Shown here: positions 22,858 through 33,448 of the stretch, piece after piece
Layout of the letters: every line of letters begins with the position of its first letter
Numbering within the stretch: the first letter of the stretch is position 1
Notes under the pieces: generated by a model
Seen by the model: the letters and a program-made list of their open reading frames with translations, nothing else
Database searches by the model: none
What the model was told of the DNA's origin: nothing
IMG/VR virus record: IMGVR_UViG_3300031867_000007
Span: 64,001-128,000 of that record
Reading direction: 5' to 3' (one strand)
DNA from: a virus
Taxonomy: Duplodnaviria; Heunggongvirae; Uroviricota; Caudoviricetes
DNA length: 64,000 bases
Program-made: the position numbers and the translations under genes

Positions 22858-23880
22858 TTAAAGATAATTCAATGGGTTCACAAATTGATCGTTAATCTTA
22901 ATTTCGAAGTGGAGATGTGGTCCTGTACTATTTCCTGTATTTCCAGAATATGCAATTAGTTCATGACAATTTACATAATCTCCAACAGAACAAGTATATT
23001 GACTTAAATGACCATAACAACTTATAGTTCCATCATCATGTTGGATCTTAATGTAATTTCCATATCCACCAGTTCATGAAGCACAAATTACTTTACCAGC
23101 TTTCCAAGCGTGAACCTCTGTTCCGATAGGTGTTGCAAAATCAACTCCAGTATGAGTTCTACCCCACCTTGGACCAAATTCAGAACTAATACAAGTATAG
23201 CTATCTAATGGATGTTGAGAAGAACCAGAACTTTCTATTCTACTATATCCGCCGCTTCTAGATGTAACTTGTCTTTGTTTTTCTGCGGCTTGTCTTGCTT
23301 CTTCGTCTCTTTTTTCTTTATCTATTCGATATGCTTCTATTTTTTCTTGAAGAGCTTGTTCTTCTGTAATTTCTGTCAGTTCTATAATTTCACTATTATT
23401 TTCTATTGTTATATCTTCATTGTATTTCTTTAGTTCATTTACAAAATCATTACATTCATTCTCAGTTTTAAAATAATAAATCTCATCATCTATTAATAAT
23501 TTTGTTGAGAAAATGAAAACTTTAGTATTGTTCTTTATAAACTTTTTCAATTCTTCTGTATTTATATCGCTCTTATTTATAACTGTTTGTTTATAAATAA
23601 TATTATTTTTCATCTCTGTTGAATAAATGTAATATCCATTTTCTCCTAACTCATCTATATAATCATTTATAGTTTGATCTAATAGATTCTCTTGTTGAGT
23701 CACTCCAATTTGAATTGTATTATTTTCGTAGTATTTATATCCTAAGCCGTAAGGTTTTAAAATAAACATACAAACGCTTACAAATAATAATACTACGCAA
23801 GTAAAAAAAGTTATTAATTTAATTATTTTATTTTTTACTCGTCCCCCTTCTGGGGCGACGGGCTTTGTTTTTTTCTCCAT
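22858..23880 (-). CDS. M23 peptidoglycan peptidase with N-terminal TM helix (1 in-frame TGA)
   Basis: HTGVD, AS[W][19 protein letters not shown] after readthrough of TGA 23074-23076. Confidence 0.9.
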
Positions 23881-23937
23881 ATAATTCTCCTTATTCTAAT
23901 TATATTTTTTGAATATTAAGAGATAGAGAAATATGTT

Positions 23938-24171
23938 TTAAACTGTTCTTACAAAAGCAGAATTAGTCTTTTGTAAGTATTTCTTTAATTGTTTATATGA
24001 TTTCAACGATAATCTAAATAGGCGTTTCCCAATACCTATATATCTATATTTTTTATTAAAAGAAAAAGCATTAACATCATTTGATGGATCAATTTCCATT
24101 TCTTCAAAACCTCTTTTATTTACTGGGATTTCTTCTTCTTTAATAATTTCACTAATTATTTGAATTTTCAT
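23938..24171 (-). CDS. hypothetical protein
   Basis: ORF with RBS. Confidence 0.6.
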   Translation of the reverse strand: MKIQIISEIIKEEEIPVNKRGFEEMEIDPSNDVNAFSFNKKYRYIGIGKRLFRLSLKSYKQLKKYLQKTNSAFVRTV

Positions 24172-24202
24172 CTTTCATCTTTCCTTTCTTCAAAAAAAGT
24201 TT

Positions 24203-24288
24203 TGGTGGGTAATTAAGGACTCGAACCTCCTAATTTTATGATAGCAAATTTATAGTCTGCCGCGACTCACCACCTTCGCCGATTACCC
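24203..24288 (-). tRNA. tRNA-Tyr, anticodon ATA
   Basis: Cloverleaf with long variable arm; GCAGA CT ATA AA TTTGC; CCA end. Confidence 0.8.
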
Positions 24289-24454
24289 ATATGTAAGCGG
24301 AATCCCATTTTTCCTTTTTTATTTATATTCAGCAGGTGATAAGATTCCATGATAACCTACTTAGTTTAGTTAAGATTTTAATTCTCCTCTCCTAAAAGAT
24401 AATCTTCAACTTTTAGTTTGGATTAAAGCAGTGCTAAACCACTGGTAACCTTTA

Positions 24455-25172
24455 TGGAGTCGATACTGAGAATTGAACTCAGAACTCTATGCTTAGACAT
24501 TTTTTCACTCTTCTTCGGTATACTGTTTAATATCTTTTTTCTTACTTGGTAGATTATAACTAATACACCATTTTCTTATAGCACTATCTGAGACTCCAAA
24601 TTTTTTACCAAGAGCTACAAAACTTTCTTGCCTTATCATCTCTTTAAGTTCTTCTCTAATAGGTCTTTCACATCTTTGCTGTAATTTATGAGCACATTTT
24701 ACACAATATGTAGAATGTTTATCTTTTAATATAGTACCGCACATCTTACATAGTTTTGGAAAACTACGTTTTTTCTGTCCTCCTACCATAATATTATAAC
24801 CATTTGGAGTAATACAATTATATCTTTGAATGTATTCTTGTTCTAATTGATCGATTTCTTCAACACTACACTCTTGTAATACTTCTCAAGTAAAATGCTC
24901 CTTACCATATTTTCTAATCGCTTGATGTAAAATAGAATTAAAAGTCCCGCTCTTTTCAGAAAAAGATTTTCAAAAATGTTCTTTTACTCTTTTTTCAATA
25001 TCAATAGATTGTCCAATATAAACTTTGTTATTTATATCATTTTTAATTATATAAATCCCAATCATTATTTTATCCTCCTTATAATATATAAAAAGTAAAA
25101 TAAAATAATTTCAAACTCTTACCACATCTATTTACTTTTTTGCACAGAATTTTACCATTAAACTATACCGAC
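24455..25172 (-). tRNA. split tRNA (anticodon unresolved) interrupted by a GIY-YIG ORF
   Basis: 5' half 25142-25172 and 3' half 24455-24492 pair in acceptor and anticodon stems; U73, CCA. Confidence 0.75.
24493..25065 (-). CDS. GIY-YIG homing endonuclease (TGA=Trp)
   Basis: MIGIYII..VYIGQS..KYG; CxxC pair and C-terminal HTH. Confidence 0.85.
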
Positions 25173-25179
25173 ATTAATT

Positions 25180-25291
25180 ATATCTATTCCCATACAGCTT
25201 TTGGGTAGGCGCTAATTATGATGACATCTAGCTTTCTAATAAACCTCTCATCTTTTAAATTAAGCTCAAGCTGTTGTGCCTATATAGATAT
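25180..25291 (-). ncRNA. rod-like hairpin RNA with internal bubble (6S-like candidate)
   Basis: ATATCTAT/ATAGATAT and ACAGCTT/AAGCTGT stems flank a bubble. Confidence 0.35.
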
Positions 25292-25424
25292 TTATTAATA
25301 TTTGAAGGTGGGACGGCGTACCCCACATCTCATTATAGAACTAGGTCTTATAAGCTTTGTTTCAATATTACACTCTGCCTAGCCGCGTTAGCTGCCTTTC
25401 TAACCTCTTCAAATAATTATATTT

Positions 25425-25643
25425 TTATAAACTAAAATATTGTACTGAAACAGCTTCTGTATCTTTATATTCTTCTTTTAGTTCTTTTTCTCTTATTTTT
25501 GCAGTTTCTCTATCAGATACAACCTCTGTATATAACACTTTATATTCTATTGGATCTCCAATTAAAACTCTACCTTGTGATACTACTAATTTTTGTTTAG
25601 TAGGTCTTTTTTTAATTACTTCTTTTTTTACATCATTTTTCAT
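25425..25643 (-). CDS. hypothetical protein
   Basis: ORF with RBS. Confidence 0.65.
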   Translation of the reverse strand: MKNDVKKEVIKKRPTKQKLVVSQGRVLIGDPIEYKVLYTEVVSDRETAKIREKELKEEYKDTEAVSVQYFSL

Positions 25644-25733
25644 TTTTTCATTCTCCCTTCTTTTTTTAAACTGCGGGAAGCCGACTAACCGAGCATCAAA
25701 GTTCTCTTTAAAACTCTATAATCAGACTCCCGC

Positions 25734-25808
25734 TGGAGCGGGTGGCGGTAATCGAAACCGCATCCTCTGGTTGGAAGCCAGACATAATAGCCATTATACT
25801 ACACCCGC
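25734..25808 (-). tRNA. tRNA-Gly(TCC)
   Basis: Canonical cloverleaf, 7-nt loop CT TCC AA, U73. Confidence 0.92.
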
Positions 25809-26185
25809 ATATTAAGCCTTGATTTAAAACTCCTAAACTTTCAAGGATTAGTTTTTTTACAGATTATTCCGATATAGAATGCCTCATCGGAAGAGTGGTG
25901 TTATTAAATCCTACTCTGTGTAAGACTATTTCACCGAACCATTCTATTATTCTGAGAGAAATTAATTACTTTCAATAAATATTCAATTTTCATTAAATTT
26001 ATTAACAGAAGAATAAGGAATTACATTCATTTCTTGTTTATCATTTATAACATAAATAATAAAATAATTATTCTTTATTCCAAATTGTAATATTTGATAA
26101 ATTTTATCTTTACAAAATCTATTCGATTCAGAATTATTTCCAATAAATTTAAATTTCATTCTATTATTCTCCTTTTATTTTGTTA

Positions 26186-26261
26186 TGGCTGGGAAGTGGA
26201 GGCTCGAACTCCAGACATCTTGATTAACAGTCAAGCGCTCTACCAACTGAGCTACATCCCA
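26186..26261 (-). tRNA. tRNA-Asn(GTT)
   Basis: Cloverleaf, CT GTT AA. Confidence 0.92.
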
Positions 26262-26595
26262 ATATATTTAGAGTGCTGGAATTTCATTACTCCTCAGAAA
26301 TTCTAACGTACAGAGTCGATGTTTAGGCATTAACTCTTAATGCCATTGATTAGGCACTCTCTCTAATCAGCTCTTAAACTTAAGAACTAAAAGGGTCACA
26401 AAACATATATATTGAATCACCGGGGTGGACCCTCTTCCCTATTTCTAGATATATGGTGATAAATATGTATAAGTTTTGTCTGCCGCATGGACATAGTGTC
26501 GCTCTAGCTTTTGTCCTTATACCACCGCGATAATTATTACCGCTACTTTTCTTTTTCTATAAATATTATATCAAAATTTTTATTAAAAATCAATT

Positions 26596-27558
26596 TTAAT
26601 CTTTATAAAGTGGATATTTTTTACAAATTTCTTGTACCTGTAATACTAATTCATTTTTTATTAAATTAAATTCTTCATCATTGACCTTAATACATTTACA
26701 TATTAAATATGCTATTTTACGCATATCTTCAATAACCAATCCTCTTGATGTAACTGCAGCGGCACCTAGTCTTAAACCAGATGTTACCATTTTACTTTCA
26801 GTATCAAAAGGAATTGCATTTTTATTAGAAATAATACCTATTTCTTCTAATCTTGACTCTAATTTTTGTCCATTTATTTCAGTTTTTCTTAAATCTAATA
26901 ATAGTAAATGATTATCAGTTCCTTTAGTTAAGATATCACAGCCTAAATGAATTAATTCCGCAGATAATGTTTTTGTATTTTCTACTACTCTTTTCATATA
27001 TTCTTTAAATTCTGGTTTTAAGGCTTCTCCAAAACATACTGCTTTTGCGGCAATAATGTTTTCTAGCGGACCTCCTTGAGTTCCTGGAAAGACAGCGCTA
27101 TTAATTTTTTTAGCTATTTCCACACTATTAGTTAAAATTATTCCTCCTCTAGGTCCTCTTAGTGTTTTATGTGTAGTAGATGTAATAACATCAGCGTAAG
27201 GTACAGGAGATTGATGCAATCCAGCTGCTACCAATCCAGCTATATGAGCCATATCAACCATAAAATAAATATGATTTTTTTCTATATATTCCGGAATATC
27301 GCTATCTAATAAATAATAGTCATTATAAATTGCAGAATCAATTCTTTTTTGGGCTTTATCAATTATCTCTCTTAGTTTTTTAAAGTCAATTTCTCTTGAA
27401 TATGCACTTGCTCCTGCAATAAAAATTTTTGGTTTATTTTCTACAATAAAATCTTCAAGAGCATCATAATCTATTTCATATGTTTCTGAATTAACTTCAT
27501 ATTGAATTGATTTAAAATATTTTCCACTAAAAGTTGGTTTTGCTCCATGTGTTAAATG
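26596..27558 (-). CDS. glyA: serine hydroxymethyltransferase, exon 2
   Basis: [29 protein letters not shown]. Confidence 0.95.
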   Translation of the reverse strand, partial: HLTHGAKPTFSGKYFKSIQYEVNSETYEIDYDALEDFIVENKPKIFIAGASAYSREIDFKKLREIIDKAQKRIDSAIYNDYYLLDSDIPEYIEKNHIYFMVDMAHIAGLVAAGLHQSPVPYADVITSTTHKTLRGPRGGIILTNSVEIAKKINSAVFPGTQGGPLENIIAAKAVCFGEALKPEFKEYMKRVVENTKTLSAELIHLGCDILTKGTDNHLLLLDLRKTEINGQKLESRLEEIGIISNKNAIPFDTESKMVTSGLRLGAAAVTSRGLVIEDMRKIAYLICKCIKVNDEEFNLIKNELVLQVQEICKKYPLYKD

Positions 27559-28441
27559 CATTTGTTAATCTTGTGATTTCGCACAAGTTCGGACTATACC
27601 TTCTACTTAAATTGAAATCTTTTCATAATTTCATCTCTGACATATTTATTCAAAGGATACTCTAATTCTGGATTATAAGCAGTAATTCCAATATTTATAT
27701 TAGAAATTGAATTTTTTGCAACTCCATATTCTCTTGCTAATTCTCTTATTGGAACTCCACTCATAATTGCATCTTGAATTTCTTCATAATAACCATATAA
27801 TTTACCTTTTCTATTAGAACCACCATGCTCTTGAATAATTTTAGATAATAAGCTATCACTAATATTAAAATATTCTATTATTTCTTGTCTTGGTAAATTA
27901 GTATTATTATATAAATCCCAAACTTCTTCTCTATATTCAAATTTTTCATCTATATTATTTATTGGATTATAATTTTTTGTTAATTGTTCATTATAAATAA
28001 TATAATCTAAATCTTCATATTTTTTGATAATTTTTTGTTCATAATAATCAATTTGAGATTTCAAACACTCTACTTCAATATTAACTTCTATATTATCAAA
28101 TCCTATTTTATTTATCCAATTATAGATAGGTCTATCTATTTTCTTTTTAACATAACTTTTATGTGCGTACATTCTTTGCTTAATATTTGAAGTTTTTCCA
28201 ATATAAATTTCCTTTAAATTATTTTTATTTTTAAGCGAGTAAATATACATATTTCCTCTCCTTTCTAAAATTTAAGTAGCCCCTTGGTAGTCTCTGAGGG
28301 CACGCCATTACGCTTATCCCTGCTGATTGTCCAATCTTTAATATTTTTACACTTTGGTAATTAAAGCTCTAAGGAGTTTCCAGCATATTCAGGGTTTTTC
28401 TTTTATTGTATCACTACAATAGGGAAGCCAGATTAACACAA
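27559..28441 (-). mobile_element. group I intron in glyA
   Basis: Exon ends in U, intron ends in G; P/Q/R/S-like ATGCTGGAAA, AATCAGCAG, TCAGAGACTAC, AAGGTATAGTCC; splicing restores SGG|HLTHG. Confidence 0.9.
27603..28250 (-). CDS. intron-encoded GIY-YIG endonuclease
   Basis: MYIY..IYIGKT..R..H; HTH repeats. Confidence 0.85.
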   Translation of the reverse strand: MYIYSLKNKNNLKEIYIGKTSNIKQRMYAHKSYVKKKIDRPIYNWINKIGFDNIEVNIEVECLKSQIDYYEQKIIKKYEDLDYIIYNEQLTKNYNPINNIDEKFEYREEVWDLYNNTNLPRQEIIEYFNISDSLLSKIIQEHGGSNRKGKLYGYYEEIQDAIMSGVPIRELAREYGVAKNSISNINIGITAYNPELEYPLNKYVRDEIMKRFQFK

Positions 28442-28813
28442 ACCTCCCGAATTTAAAGACATTCCCATTATTGTATCTCCTGGTTTAGCAAGAGCAAATT
28501 GAACAGCAGTATTCGCAGATGCTCCTGAATGAGGTTGTACATTTGCATATTTACAATCAAATAATCTACAAGCTCTATCAATAGCAAGTTGTTCTGTTTT
28601 ATCTATTATGCGGCAGCCTCCATAATATCTTTTACCTGGATACCCTTCACTATATTTTAAAGTATGATACGATGCCTGTGCTTCTAATACTGATTCACTT
28701 GGTTCATTTTCACTTGCGATTAGCTCAAGACAATTATTTTGTCTATTATATTCTTCCATTATTAAATTATAAACTTCTTGGTCTGTTTCTTTAAGATGTT
28801 TGAATTCTATCAT
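28442..28813 (-). CDS. glyA: serine hydroxymethyltransferase, exon 1
   Basis: [30 protein letters not shown]. Confidence 0.95.
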
Positions 28814-28853
28814 ATAAATACTCCCCTCCTAATATTTTATTTAATTTTAAAAA

Positions 28854-28929
28854 TGGTACGGGTAGCAGGAGTCGAACCTGCAATTTCAGCGTCCCAAACG
28901 CCGCGATTTACCATCAAATCTTTACCCGT
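28854..28929 (-). tRNA. tRNA-Pro(TGG)
   Basis: Cloverleaf, TT TGG GA. Confidence 0.85.
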
Positions 28930-28934
28930 ATATA

Positions 28935-29010
28935 TGGTAGCAATACTAGGATTCGAACCTAGAATATTTGAGTATGAACCAAAAGGTTTAACCAATTAGC
29001 CTATATCGCC
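28935..29010 (-). tRNA. tRNA with CAT anticodon (Met or Ile2)
   Basis: Cloverleaf, TT CAT AC. Confidence 0.8.
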
Positions 29011-29018
29011 ATCTATTA

Positions 29019-29795
29019 TCAATTGCAGTAAATATCGATCGTGTTTTTTGGGCAACCGCAATCATAGACCTTACCAGCCCCCAATGATGTTTCAACTATT
29101 GTACCTTTTGGATAATCATTGCTTGCTACACAAATATATCCATCTCCATCGCAAACTAATCCTCTGTTATCAACATGACGACCAGGAATTTGTAACCCGC
29201 CACCTGGTAACACTTTTTGTGAATACCAAGTTTCTCTATGTCCGTTATAATAGTTTACACCTTTACTTTTTGTTAAAACTCCAGTATTATTATTTATTGA
29301 TGAACTAGATCTACTAACAGGGATAGAAGCTATTTGAGGTTTTATTTCTACTTTTACTTTTTCTGTTGATAAATATTTACTTGCAACATAATAATAATTC
29401 TCATCTTTTTTGATTTTAGTCCATTCTCCATCATCTGAATTATCAACAATTTGCAACTCTGCGTTTATGCTTGCTACATTTACAATTTCGCTACTTAAAT
29501 TAGGTTCTTTTCTTATATTTAACCCTACTTTTGAATACATAGTTGTATAAGTTTCAAGTTCTTCTTCCTCTTCTTTTTCTTCTTGCTGTTGAGATTTATA
29601 TTTATTTAATTCAGCTTTTATTACTTCTTCATCTATAATTAAATCAGGTTTCACTGTATCCTTTATTGTTAGATTTTCTACTATTGTTTTTTCATTATTA
29701 ATATTTGATAATGATTTATTTTTTTCTTTTATAGAGTAAAAAATTGCAAATACTAACAATAATAATATACATATAAATATTTTTTTTATCTTCAT
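29019..29795 (-). CDS. secreted SH3b plus 3D-like cell-wall enzyme
   Basis: Signal/TM segment; LNIRKEP SH3b; C-terminal VAS..GT..VYDCG..IDIY. Confidence 0.75.
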   Translation of the reverse strand: MKIKKIFICILLLLVFAIFYSIKEKNKSLSNINNEKTIVENLTIKDTVKPDLIIDEEVIKAELNKYKSQQQEEKEEEEELETYTTMYSKVGLNIRKEPNLSSEIVNVASINAELQIVDNSDDGEWTKIKKDENYYYVASKYLSTEKVKVEIKPQIASIPVSRSSSSINNNTGVLTKSKGVNYYNGHRETWYSQKVLPGGGLQIPGRHVDNRGLVCDGDGYICVASNDYPKGTIVETSLGAGKVYDCGCPKNTIDIYCN

Positions 29796-29826
29796 ATTTA
29801 CCTCTTTTCAAAATAATTATATAATA

Positions 29827-29901
29827 TGGGGTAAGATAAGAGTTTCGATCTCCTGCCTCCAGGGCCACAACCTAGCGTACTCCCATTATACTAATCCTAC
29901 C
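29827..29901 (-). tRNA. tRNA-His(GTG)
   Basis: Cloverleaf, G-1/C73. Confidence 0.85.
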
Positions 29902-29902
29902 G

Positions 29903-30316
29903 TTATAATACAATATTTGATTTCTTAATGATATTATTTATAGGTTCAATATCATCAAACATACCGCAAATATATTTTTCATATAAATTATAATAACATA
30001 TTTTTAAATATAAACTATCCATTTTTTCTTTATATACTTCTTCAATAGGTAAAATAGTATAATTAGGTTTTAAGCTAATTATCTTTTCCCATACTGAATT
30101 CATAGTTCTAATACCTCTACTAGTCATCTCTTGTCTTACATAATAAGCATAAGAAATAAAATTATCATAATCATAATTTAATACAAAATTTACCAAAACA
30201 TGATTTGGAGTTCCATTTTTTTGAATTGCTCCTGCAATGCTAGATAATTCTCTCCATTGAGCAACCAATTGTTCTCTTGGTAAAACTTTAATTAATTGTT
30301 TACTTCATAACCTCAT
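29903..30316 (-). CDS. pyrimidine-dimer glycosylase/endonuclease V-like protein
   Basis: MRL[TGA=W]SKQLI..LPREQL..QWRE. Confidence 0.75.
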
Positions 30317-30340
30317 AATATTCACTCCCTTATATATTAA

Positions 30341-30415
30341 TGGTGTTCCTACAAGGAATCGAACCTCGATCAAAAGATTAGAAATCTCTTGCACTATCCG
30401 TTGTGCTATAGGAAC
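30341..30415 (-). tRNA. tRNA-Arg(TCT)
   Basis: Cloverleaf, TT TCT AA. Confidence 0.9.
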
Positions 30416-30421
30416 ATAAAA

Positions 30422-30495
30422 TGGTGGGCTACCTTGGAGTTGAACCAAGATAGCACGATTAAAAGTCGTGTATTCTACCATTGAATTAGTAGCCC
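30422..30495 (-). tRNA. tRNA-Lys(TTT)
   Basis: Cloverleaf, CT TTT AA. Confidence 0.9.
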
Positions 30496-30760
30496 ATTAA
30501 TAAATATTTTGGAAACCCTCCCTTTAGTTTTACAAAGAAGTTTACTGCAATTACAGCAAAATATTATTCATAGCTCATGACTTCTATTACTTCATTTTTT
30601 TGCTCATTAGAGACAGTTTTAGTCGACATATTAACTGCGTACATGTAGCAATACTAGCCTTCCGCAGGCTGGTGAGCTTCTTCAACCAAAATATTTTTTA
30701 TTTCTTTTATATATTTATTATATATTAAATTATTTAAAAAATCAATAAATTTTATTTATC

Positions 30761-30854
30761 TGGCGCGAATGGCTAGATTCGAACTAGCGGTACCTTAAAA
30801 ATAGGTACGGATCTTTAGCAGAGATCTGGTTTAAGCCAACTCACCCACATCCGC
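30761..30854 (-). tRNA. tRNA-Ser(GCT)
   Basis: Long variable arm, CT GCT AA, G73. Confidence 0.9.
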
Positions 30855-31023
30855 ATATAAACCGCAGAGCCCCGTTCGTTCATCTCTGCGTTAAGTACTC
30901 GGGGTTCACTGGGCTGCTACTGGTTATAAAATTTTGTATCGCCGACACTCTTTCGTGACAAGAGCCGCTTGCCTAAATTCACTATAGGTCTGTTACAGGC
31001 TATTTCACATTTCACCCACTATA

Positions 31024-31404
31024 TTAATACCAAAGATGATTATAATATTTAATAAATAATCTCATACCATAATTTATCTTTTTTTGTTTATTTTTGCTAA
31101 CATTTCATTCATTATCTGTTGTTATTTGAAGTTTAAATGCTTCTATCATTTTATCAATAATACTTTTCCATTGTTCAAAAGTCATAGAACTAGGATGACC
31201 ACATAAACAATAATCACGAAAATAACATAAATGAGAGTAAATATATAAACTTAATGAATAATCTAAATCAAAAAATTCTGCATCTACAAATCCATCTTCA
31301 TCTGGATTATATCTATCATCATTTTCTTTATTTTCTTTTTTGAATAGTCAACAACTTTTTTCATCAATACCTAACTCTCTTAAATACCTATTTAATTGTA
31401 CCAT
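31024..31404 (-). CDS. hypothetical phage protein (1 in-frame TGA)
   Basis: AGGAG RBS; W..IIDKMIEAF..GM.LF.KYY..LW. Confidence 0.7.
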
Positions 31405-31686
31405 TATTAAATCTCCTTTTATGAAAAATACACCTGGTATTTTTATTTGATTTAATCAAGATAACAAATAAAAATAAATAATATGCTTTGTGTCCCATTT
31501 TAAACATATCTTACCCAGGTGCTTCACGAATATATCTTGATATTAGGATGACCTCGTGTATAAACAGAGAAGATAACAGAAAAGAGGGACATCATTTATA
31601 AAATATGGGAAATATTCATAAAATATTATTATAACTCCTCTGCTTATACATAAAGTCATCTAATCAAGCTAAAAATTATTAAAATA

Positions 31687-31995
31687 TCAATTTTTAAAAT
31701 ATTCTGCAATTTTTTCAATATTTGGTTTAAGTTGAAAATAAACATCAATCTTTTTTAATTTGCTTATATCAGTTTCAAAAGCATCTGCTACCGATATTTC
31801 ATATTCTCTTTTGCTACAAAAACAATATCTTAATAACCTATCTACTCTTTCAATATAATCAGAATAATTAAAATTATCATTTGATAAATATTCTTTTAAA
31901 CTTTTAACTAAATAAGAATGTTGAAATATATTAAAATATTCTATTTTTTTCTTATTAAAATCATAATTTAAAACATACCATTCTAACTTTTTCAT
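31687..31995 (-). CDS. hypothetical protein
   Basis: ORF with RBS. Confidence 0.7.
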   Translation of the reverse strand: MKKLEWYVLNYDFNKKKIEYFNIFQHSYLVKSLKEYLSNDNFNYSDYIERVDRLLRYCFCSKREYEISVADAFETDISKLKKIDVYFQLKPNIEKIAEYFKN

Positions 31996-32330
31996 ATTTT
32001 AATTACTCCCTTTCTTTAAAATATTGCTGACTTTTGTGCGGCGGGAACAGTTTCCGCCATCTACATTTATTACCACATACGGTTTAGAAAATAACCTGCT
32101 AGCTCCCAATCCCCAGAGTTTCATAACTGAGAGCTTATGGATTTCGGTAAGCCCACTGGTCTGAGCCTGTAGATACACCGACTGATTTTCTTTTTCTGCT
32201 ATCAACTCCATTTCCTAACCATTACTGTTAGGCTCGGCCGATAGATACACAATTATAATAAACTTTTCCACTATCGTAGGACAGGACAAATCAACGAGAA
32301 CCTTTCTTTTGAGATACGATTCCAGCCTCT

Positions 32331-32883
32331 TGGCGCCGTACACGCGATTCGAACACGCAAGCCCTTTCGAGCCAACTGCTTTGAAATATGTATTATAATG
32401 CTTTTATTACCTCCTCTATCAAATAATCCTTTGCCCAATGTACATCTTTAACAAATTTCGCATTTTTATTAGGATCTGCTATTCTTAATGTAAATTGAGC
32501 TCTTTCCTTTTCACAAGGAATTAAATAAAATTTGTTATCTCATTCAGTCATATAAAAATCAATTTGATCTGGTGTATATTTCATTGTTTTATTTCCATTT
32601 GATACAGAATGAGTTGATTTACAATTAAAAACAATAGTTTCATTTTCAACATTCCATCTTGATGTTTTTATTTGAATACGATATATTTTATTATTATAAT
32701 CTAGAATTAAATCATATCTTGCATTGTCTAAAACAGGTTTAGATATAATAAAATCATTTTCAATTAAAAACATTTGACATTTTAATTCGGTAATCGCACC
32801 TTTTTTTAAATTTTCATTCATAATATATTTTAGCATTACATATCTTATTTCAAGGCAGCTCCCTCACCACCCGGACATACGGC
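32331..32883 (-). tRNA. tRNA-Ser(TGA) split by an insert of about 468 nt near position 37/38
   Basis: 5' half ends GCTGC CT TGA A; 3' half A GCAGT, long variable arm, G73 CCA. Confidence 0.8.
32393..32836 (-). CDS. PD-(D/E)XK endonuclease (group I intron-associated type; 1 in-frame TGA)
   Basis: KG..TE..P..DN.RYDLI..RIQIKT..Y...IDF. Confidence 0.85.
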
Positions 32884-32891
32884 ATATTATA

Positions 32892-33197
32892 TTAAAATTC
32901 GATATCTTCAATATATTTATCAAGTAATCTTATAAAATCTCTACAAAAAGAATAAAAAATATCTTCATTACATTTTAGTTCTATATAACAATTTTTAAAG
33001 CTATTATTTCTAAAACAAGTTTTCGACAAAGTTGATAAAGGTAATTGTTTCTCTTCTAAAAATTGATATATAATTTGATAAATTCCTGCATCTTCTATCA
33101 TAGAGTATGAATATCCTGATTCAAGCCAATTATTACCAGAATAATATTCTTTATTTAATTCAGTCTTTTTAAAATAAATTCTTCTTTTTCTCTTCAT
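32892..33197 (-). CDS. hypothetical protein
   Basis: ORF with RBS. Confidence 0.6.
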   Translation of the reverse strand: MKRKRRIYFKKTELNKEYYSGNNWLESGYSYSMIEDAGIYQIIYQFLEEKQLPLSTLSKTCFRNNSFKNCYIELKCNEDIFYSFCRDFIRLLDKYIEDIEF

Positions 33198-33390
33198 TCT
33201 ATCATACCCTTCCCTCTTTATAAAAATACAAACCCATAGCCAACTTTTATATTTTCAACTATTTCTGAAGAACAAATGTATCATTAAGATTTACCTTGCC
33301 CAAGGCAACCACTATGGGGAAAGAGGCTAGACATCACTGCCACACTTCGTATAACCTTTTATATGCTATATACCTCTTTTTATAAAACTT

Positions 33391-33448
33391 CCAAGTTTCT
33401 TAGTAAGAACACCCTTCGCCACGAGAAGGCGAACTTGGTTCGAAGGAC
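33391..33448 (-). ncRNA. HDV-like (theta) ribozyme in tRNA 3' trailer
   Basis: P1 GTCCTTC/GAAGGGT, P2 CCAAGTT/AACTTGG, P3 GCC/GGC, L3 TTCTCGT, J4/2 CTAA. Confidence 0.8.

Noticed and set aside
25734..25808. tRNA-Gly(TCC) as an expanded-loop frameshift suppressor
   Set aside because: Its anticodon loop is a normal 7 nt, so no dedicated quadruplet tRNA is evident in this gene.
32380..32388. TTTCAAA in the split tRNA-Ser read as a second UCA suppressor anticodon
   Set aside because: Better explained as the complement of TTGAAA in the 5' half; the body is Ser-type. Not fully excluded without junction data.
32375..32860. Canonical bulge-helix-bulge motif at the tRNA-Ser insert
   Set aside because: The pairing is a nearly continuous helix and I could not draw a 3-4-3 BHB.
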